Source of the DNA: Ranitomeya imitator
Taxonomy: Eukaryota
Assembly: GCF_032444005.1 (NCBI RefSeq)
Contig: NC_091290.1
Coordinates: forward strand, 57,722,001-57,786,000
Length of the DNA stretch: 64,000 nt
Direction of reading: 5' to 3'
Position 1 is the stretch's first letter. Each line of letters starts with the position of its first letter. The position numbers and the translations under genes were made by a program. The notes below the pieces were generated by a model. It searched no databases and had not been told where the DNA came from. It worked only from the letters and a program-made list of their open reading frames with translations. Below are positions 58,156 to 64,000 of this stretch, piece by piece.

Positions 58156-58870
58156 GTAGCGCAGTAATATATGTTGTGTATGATGGCGGCTTCTCCCCTG
58201 TATCATATGCTCAACAATCATCCTCCTCATTAACCAGAATCTATCGCCAGGATTTTCCACCCCATCTGAGAGCAGCATAATGTAGGGGCAGAGATACTGA
58301 GTCCAGCGATGTGTCACTTACTGGGCTGCTTGCAGTAGTTTTGATAAAATAACTTATAATCGCAGGAAATTAGCTGGAGGACTAGTAAACCTGTTATCAA
58401 GTAGTCCAGAATATTCATAAGCTCTGTATAACCCCATCCTCACCAATGAATGGCAGATTTCTGTGTACACTGCATAGGCAGAAAGCTTCTATTCAGTGGT
58501 ATGGGCAGAGGCAGAGCTGAGCATTCAGAGAATTGCAGATAAACAGAAATTGTGTGAAAATGACTGCAGGCAGCCCAGTAAGTGACACATTGCTGGAATC
58601 AGGGTCTCTGCCCCTACACCATGTTGTTCTTACATGGGGGAACAAAAATCCTGGTGACAGATTTCCTTAAAGCTTAGCTCCTTCCAAGATGGTAAATGCG
58701 CCCTCCTTTACCCTGCACCGGGCCGACTAGTCACCCTTGCAGAGCTCATAGCTCTCCTGTCAGCAGTGGTGCTGCGGTTAGCTGGGCTGTCAGGGCCTTA
58801 CATGCGTTGCCTGTCTATGATATCGGTGACCTATCAATATCTGATAACGCTCACATTTCCCTCTGCGCAG

Positions 58871-58981
58871 GGTACGTTGGTCAGGGCATGCTCACTGGGG
58901 TCATCGCTGGTGCTGTCTTCACATCCCCTCCGGTTGGAAGCATCGTAGCCGCCATCAGAACAGTAGCAGAGGCCGGAGCAG
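58871..58981 (+). CDS. TKFC: TKFC exon ([36 protein letters not shown])
   Basis: 111 nt, phase 1-1, canonical splice sites. Confidence 0.95.
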
Positions 58982-59084
58982 GTGCACTTATTGCCTTTGT
59001 TTTCTATGTCTTTACTATTATCTTTTTTCAATGTATCAACTTCTTACAATTTAAAAATTACAAATCTTTCACAATTATATATTA

Positions 59085-59141
59085 CTAGATGGTGGCCCAA
59101 TTCTAACGCATCGGGTATTCTAGAATATGCAATTATATATT
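59085..59141 (-). mobile_element. Internally deleted copy of the Helitron-type element
   Basis: Same CTAG/hairpin end as 42839, fused almost directly to aattatatat resembling the other terminus. Confidence 0.55.
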
Positions 59142-59674
59142 ATTGCTTCTTCTTTTTTTTAGTAATCTAACCCTTACTCACTGCCATGGAATGCTAGTTA
59201 TTGCTGTCATTTAAAATATATATTAAAGGCAATATGTCAGCAGGTTTTTACTATGTAATCTGAGAGCAGCATCATATGGGGGCAGAGAGTCTGATTTCAG
59301 TCATGTGTCACTTACTAGGCTGTGCTTTGATGTTTCAATCAATACAATCAGTGTTTTATCAGGAGGAGATTATCATTGGAGACAAGCTGCCTCATGTTTC
59401 CCAGTCTTCCTGCTCCATATTACTCCGACCCCAGCACTGATTAGCAGCTGTCAGTATGCATTGCACATAGGAGGCTGCCAATCAGGAGCAGAGAAAACCG
59501 GGATTATGTCGCTACTTCTTGCACCCAGTAAACTAAGTGACACATCGCTGGAATAAGGGTTTCTGTCCCTATATCATGCTGCTGCCAGATTACATAACAA
59601 AACCTGCTGACAGATTCCCTTGAAAGAGGTTGTTTCATGCAGACAGTTCCTCCTTCAAAAAAAGCTGGATGTCT

Positions 59675-59871
59675 AAGGCTGCGGTCACACACTCAGTATT
59701 TGGTCAGTATTTTACCTCAGTATGTGTAAGCCAAAACCAGGAGTGGGTGATAAATACAGAAGTGGTGCATATGTTTCTATTACACTTTTCCTCTGATTGT
59801 TCCACTCCTGGTTTTGGCTTACAAATACTGATGTAAAATACTGACCAGATACTGCTAGTGTGACGACAGCC
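59675..59871. mobile_element. Harbinger-type MITE
   Basis: ggctgcggtcacac / gtgtgacgacagcc ends with TAA flanks. Confidence 0.65.
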
Positions 59872-60114
59872 TAATTCAGCGCTGCTGGTCTGACGTCACT
59901 AACCTACCGAGATCAGCTGAAACTGCCGGTGGGAGCCGCAAGTGTCCTGACATTGCCTGCAGTGGATGCGGCAGGATGCGGAGGTGCCACGTCCACCAGA
60001 GCAGAAACCTTTTTTAGGTGGGGGTTCTCTGTTCTGACCAAAAAGGAGTACAAAGCAGGGAATCATCTCTGTGACACCCACATACCCTAATAGGGCTACA
60101 GGCATGGTTGTCCT

Positions 60115-61398
60115 TTACCCTCCTCGCAATACAACTGTACTTCCATTTAAGTATACGCTCTCGCAAATGGACGTACTGTTATGTTCATTGAATAGCATGA
60201 GCAGAAGAACCGTGCCCACACCGTCCTCTGTAGGTTCCGTGCCCACACCGTCCTCTGTAGGTGCCGTGCCCACATCGTCCTCTGTAGGTGCCGTGCCCAC
60301 ATCGTCCTCTGTAGGTGCCGTTCCCACACCGTCCCCTGTAGGTGCCGTGCCCACACCGTCCCCTGTAAGTGCCGTGCCCACACCGTCCTCTGTAGGTTCC
60401 GTGCCCACACCGTCCTCTGTAGGTTCCGTGCCCACACCGTCCTCTGTAGGTTCCGTGCCCACACCGTCCTCTGTAGGTGCCGTGCCCACATCGTCCCCTG
60501 TAGGTGCCGTGCCCACACCGTCCTCTGTAGGTGCCGTGCCCACATCGTCCTCTGTAGGTGCCGTGCCCACATCGTCCTCTGTAGGTGCCGTTCCCACACC
60601 GTCCCCTGTAGGTGCCGTGCCCACACCGTCCCCTGTAAGTGCCGTGCCCACACCGTCCTCTGTAGGTTCCGTGCCCACACCGTCCTCTGTAGGTGCCGTG
60701 CCCACATCGTCCTCTGTAGGTGCCGTGCCCACATCGTCCTCTGTAGGTGCCGTTCCCACACCGTCCCCTGTAGGTGCCGTGCCCACACCGTCCCCTGTAA
60801 GTGCCGTGCCCACACCGTCCCCTGTAGGTTCCGTGCCCACACCGTCCTCTGTAGGTGCCGTGCCCACACCGTCCTCTGTAGGTTCCGTGCCCACACCGTC
60901 CTCTGTAGGTTCCGTGCCCACACCGTCCTCTGTAGGTGCCGTGCCCACACCGTCCTCTGTAGGTGCCGTTCCCACACCGTCCCCTGTAGGTGCCGTGCCC
61001 ACACCGTCCCCTGTAAGTGCCGTGCCCACACCGTCCTCTGTAGGTTCCGTGCCCACACCGTCCTCTGTAGGTGCCGTGCCCACACCGTCCTCTGTAGGTT
61101 CCGTGCCCACACCGTCCTCTGTAGGTGCCGTGCCCACATCGTCCTCTGTAGGTGCCGTGCCCACATCGTCCTCTGTAGGTGCCGTTCCCACACCGTCCCC
61201 TGTAGGTGCCGTGCCCACACCGTCCCCTGTAGGTGCCGTGCCCACATCGTCCCCTGTAGGTGCCGTGCCCACATCGTCCCCTGTAGGTGCCGTGCCCACA
61301 CCGTCCCCTGTAGGTGCCGTGCCCACACCGTCCCCTGTAGTTTCTGGCTGGTGCCCTGCTACAATCACCAGGAGCAGAAAAAATCCCAACTCTTTCAT
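60115..61398 (-). CDS. Candidate secreted Thr/Gly/Asp-rich octapeptide-repeat protein (hypothetical)
   Basis: MKELGFFLLLVIVAG signal-like leader in frame with (GVGTAPT[G/E]D)n repeats and a short unique tail with NST/NGS sequons; no expression evidence. Confidence 0.3.
   Translation of the reverse strand: MKELGFFLLLVIVAGHQPETTGDGVGTAPTGDGVGTAPTGDDVGTAPTGDDVGTAPTGDGVGTAPTGDGVGTAPTEDDVGTAPTEDDVGTAPTEDGVGTEPTEDGVGTAPTEDGVGTEPTEDGVGTALTGDGVGTAPTGDGVGTAPTEDGVGTAPTEDGVGTEPTEDGVGTEPTEDGVGTAPTEDGVGTEPTGDGVGTALTGDGVGTAPTGDGVGTAPTEDDVGTAPTEDDVGTAPTEDGVGTEPTEDGVGTALTGDGVGTAPTGDGVGTAPTEDDVGTAPTEDDVGTAPTEDGVGTAPTGDDVGTAPTEDGVGTEPTEDGVGTEPTEDGVGTEPTEDGVGTALTGDGVGTAPTGDGVGTAPTEDDVGTAPTEDDVGTAPTEDGVGTEPTEDGVGTVLLLMLFNEHNSTSICESVYLNGSTVVLRGG
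60212..61340. repeat. 24-bp tandem array (~47 units, no visible indels) in a TKFC intron
   Basis: Unit gtgcccacaccgtcctctgtaggtgcc-type; open frames on both strands. Confidence 0.97.
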
Positions 61399-61917
61399 CA
61401 CTTTGGTTTCCCCTCCACTATGCTGTAACATCTGGACGCTGCGTGTTTGACTCTGCGGCTCTACACAGCATCAAACACACAGCGTTTCCTGAACGTGGAA
61501 ACATACCCTTAGCGTCCTGGGATGGCACCACAAATAAAAAGCTTTATGTCAAAAAATATAAAAATAATGTATGAGTAGATGTACTTTGTATCACCACAAT
61601 CCTAACAGCCCAGACTATAAAACTAACGCACTCATTGTCCGACACGAAAAATGCTGAGCAGTCTTTGTTTTCTACTCAGCTGCTCTCCAAGATTGAATAT
61701 GTTTTGCCATAAAACAAATGCAAATAGTTCTGCAAAAAAAAAGTCCTCAAATGGCCACGTAAATAGAAAAGCTAAAAAGTGTAGGATTCTTGGAGCGCAG
61801 AGATGCAAAGACAAAAAACCCCTGTAGCCCCAAGAGCCAGTATAGCTGTGAAGGACTATATATATCTATTTCTTGGTACCGTCCAAACACAAAGTTCTTT
61901 TCTTTCTTTCCCGACAG

Positions 61918-62099
61918 CTGGAGTTCTGTTGCTGGTGAAGAATTACACGGGGGACCGCCTGAATTTCGGTTTGGCTCTCGAGCGTGCAAGGAGGGATGGG
62001 GTGGATGTGGAAATGGTGGTGGTCGCTGATGATTGCGCTTTCTTAGCCCCTCGCAAGGCAGGACGTCGAGGGTTGTGTGGCATCATACTGGTTCATAAG
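61918..62099 (+). CDS. TKFC: TKFC exon ([19 protein letters not shown]...[13 protein letters not shown])
   Basis: 182 nt, phase 1-0; KNYTGD and GRRG DAK motifs. Confidence 0.96.
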
Positions 62100-62351
62100 G
62101 TGAAGGACACATTTCTCCTAACGTGAGGATATTAAACCATAGGTGACAAACAGTCTGCATACAGTATTGACAGTGTCACATGTAGGGAACCTTCTATTGG
62201 GATTGTAGTCAGAGCTAGTGGTTAAATGGAACAATGGGACCCTTAGGCCAAAAATTGCTGCGCACCCTTGGTTTATTAGAAGACCCAACCAGTAGGCAGA
62301 GCTTAGTTCTGCTCGATATTAATGTTATGGTATAAAGGGCAGTAAAGATAC

Positions 62352-62631
62352 GGTTTAGATCAGCTTTTACTGGAAAGAATAGTCGTTATGATAAGTGTCA
62401 GGGAGCGACGACCACGGAGCTGCCCAGATCAGGTGCAGTAGCGCACAGCATTGTGTGTGGTACGTGCTCCTGCCCTGGTAGACACATAGACCTGAGCCTC
62501 AGACGCCGGGCAGGAGCACGTACCACACACACTGCTGTGCGCTTCTGCGCCTGATCTGTGCAGCTCCGTGGTCGTCGCTCCCTGACGCTTATCATAACGA
62601 CTATTCTTTCCAGTATAAGCTGATCTAAACC
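62352..62631. mobile_element. Foldback MITE, ~124-bp inverted arms
   Basis: ggtttagatcagc...ctcctgccc / gggcaggag...gctgatctaaacc with ~32-nt loop. Confidence 0.8.
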
Positions 62632-63020
62632 ATATGATTGCACACTGGATCCAGGCCAGCACTACACCATTGCTTAGTTACATTTCGTTCCCAGTTTTTG
62701 GGCCTAATTTGTACAAGTGTGGTCTAATACATGAACCAGTCGTCCAAAGAGAGCAGAGCTTTTTGCATCAGCCTTCCAGACCGCCGAAAAATGTGCAGGG
62801 TCTTATGGCTGACATATGGGTCCAGGAGAGGAAAGACTGATCCCCAGAACATGGGGCTGTAACCTAAATGTACGTAGTATGTTCATGCACACACAGCGAC
62901 CACGACCGTGGGAATAAGTAGAAGCTATTTGACTCAAACGTGTGTTCCCCCATTGCTTCTGGTTACCTCATTGTTTTCATCTTTACTCAGCTTTTTTTTC
63001 TTTTTTTTAACTACTTGTAG

Positions 63021-63099
63021 ATCGCTGGAGCTCTAGCAGAAGAAGGCAAAAGTTTGCAAGAAATTTCTTCATTTGTGAAAAGTGCTGCTGCAGGAATTG
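63021..63099 (+). CDS. TKFC: TKFC exon (IAGALAEEGKSLQEISSFVKSAAAGI-G)
   Basis: 79 nt, polypyrimidine tag| acceptor, G|gtataa donor, frame continues from the previous exon. Confidence 0.92.
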
Positions 63100-63436
63100 G
63101 TATAAAAGTTGCATTATTTCCCTACCGTAATACTGAATTATGAGACCTGGCCTGGCCTATTGAACATGCTGTTACATCTGTGTGCCACTAGGTGGGGCAC
63201 TTGCAGCTCTCTGATAGTGAGATCCTGTCTCTTTTGTCTTCCTCTTCTGGTATCTGCCATATGGCTACCTGCCAGTCCTGGGGGCCACTGTCCTTCCTCA
63301 CCACATAATGAATGAGCAGACGTGCTGGTGACTGATCACGCTATTAGTACCTCTGTTACAGAGATCGCTGGGCTTGGTCCACATATCGCCATGCAGATTT
63401 ATCATAGCTACGATGTCATAAGTATATAAGTATACA

Positions 63437-64000
63437 GCGTCGGACTGGAGCACCTTTGGCCCACCAGAGCAAAACCATTCTTGGGGCCAACTATGTAGCT
63501 ACATAGAAATAAATACAAGACCACCAATTGTGCGGTAAAACGCGCTAATATCAGGGTATAATATAAGGTAGTACTTCTCTTAATTATGTGGCAGGGGTTG
63601 GGCTAGCCCCCTCATAGTATATAAAGTGGCCCCCTCATAGAATATAAAGTAGCCCCCTCACAGAATATAATGCAGGCCTCATAAACAATATAATGTAGCC
63701 CCCTCATCGCATATAATGCAGCCCCCATAGAATATCATGTAGCCCCCCATAGAATATAATGCAACCAGCCTCATAGGGTATCATGCTGCCCCCCTCCAAT
63801 AAGGTATCATGCTGCCCCCCTCCAATAGGGTATCATGCTGCCCCCCTCCAAAAGGGTAGCATGCTGCACCCCCACCACAGCGTATCATGTTGCCCCCTCC
63901 GCAGGGTATCATGCTTCCCCCATGCGCAGGGTATCATGCTGTCCCCCTCCACAGGGTATCATGCACCTCCCCCCATATGATATGATGCATCTCCCCCCAT
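63437..64000. mobile_element. hAT-like non-autonomous element with degenerate C-rich tandem repeats (runs off the window end)
   Basis: cagcgtcggactggagcacc start; tagccccctcatagaatataa and gggtatcatgctgcccccctcc repeats. Confidence 0.5.

Noticed and set aside
60071-61450. 459-aa plus-strand ORF (SSVGAVPTP)n and the 393-aa WARHLQ frame
   Set aside because: Alternative frames of the same 24-bp array with no signal peptide or domain; the plus frame lies within a TKFC intron.

Overview
Vertebrate genomic DNA, most likely an anuran amphibian (inferred from the repeat families and the frog-type kinase; not verified). The frame of the window is the head-to-head DDB1/TKFC gene pair. DDB1 coding exon 1 lies on the minus strand (6620-6680), and a >6.6 kb 41-bp minisatellite fills its intron 1 up to the window start. 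Five TKFC coding exons lie on the plus strand (57878-63099). The ~50 kb between them is probably TKFC intron 1 and is packed with mobile DNA: Penelope-like elements (PLEs) with minimal hammerhead ribozymes, Tc1 elements (one apparently intact), solo LTRs, L2 LINEs, a Helitron-type element, many MITEs and minisatellites. Two unexpected antisense nested units stand out. (1) A four-exon PKC/AGC-like kinase gene (47790-40789, minus) is followed on the same strand by four tandem structured modules (38965-40110) that look like ENE-type poly(A)-capturing triple-helix elements. (2) A 24-bp tandem array in a TKFC intron reads on the minus strand as a signal-peptide-bearing, Thr/Gly/Asp-rich octapeptide-repeat protein (60115-61431). 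One 130-N assembly gap (24633-24762). No rRNA, CRISPR or convincing functional tRNA seen. All family assignments are by eye from motifs; no searches were run.
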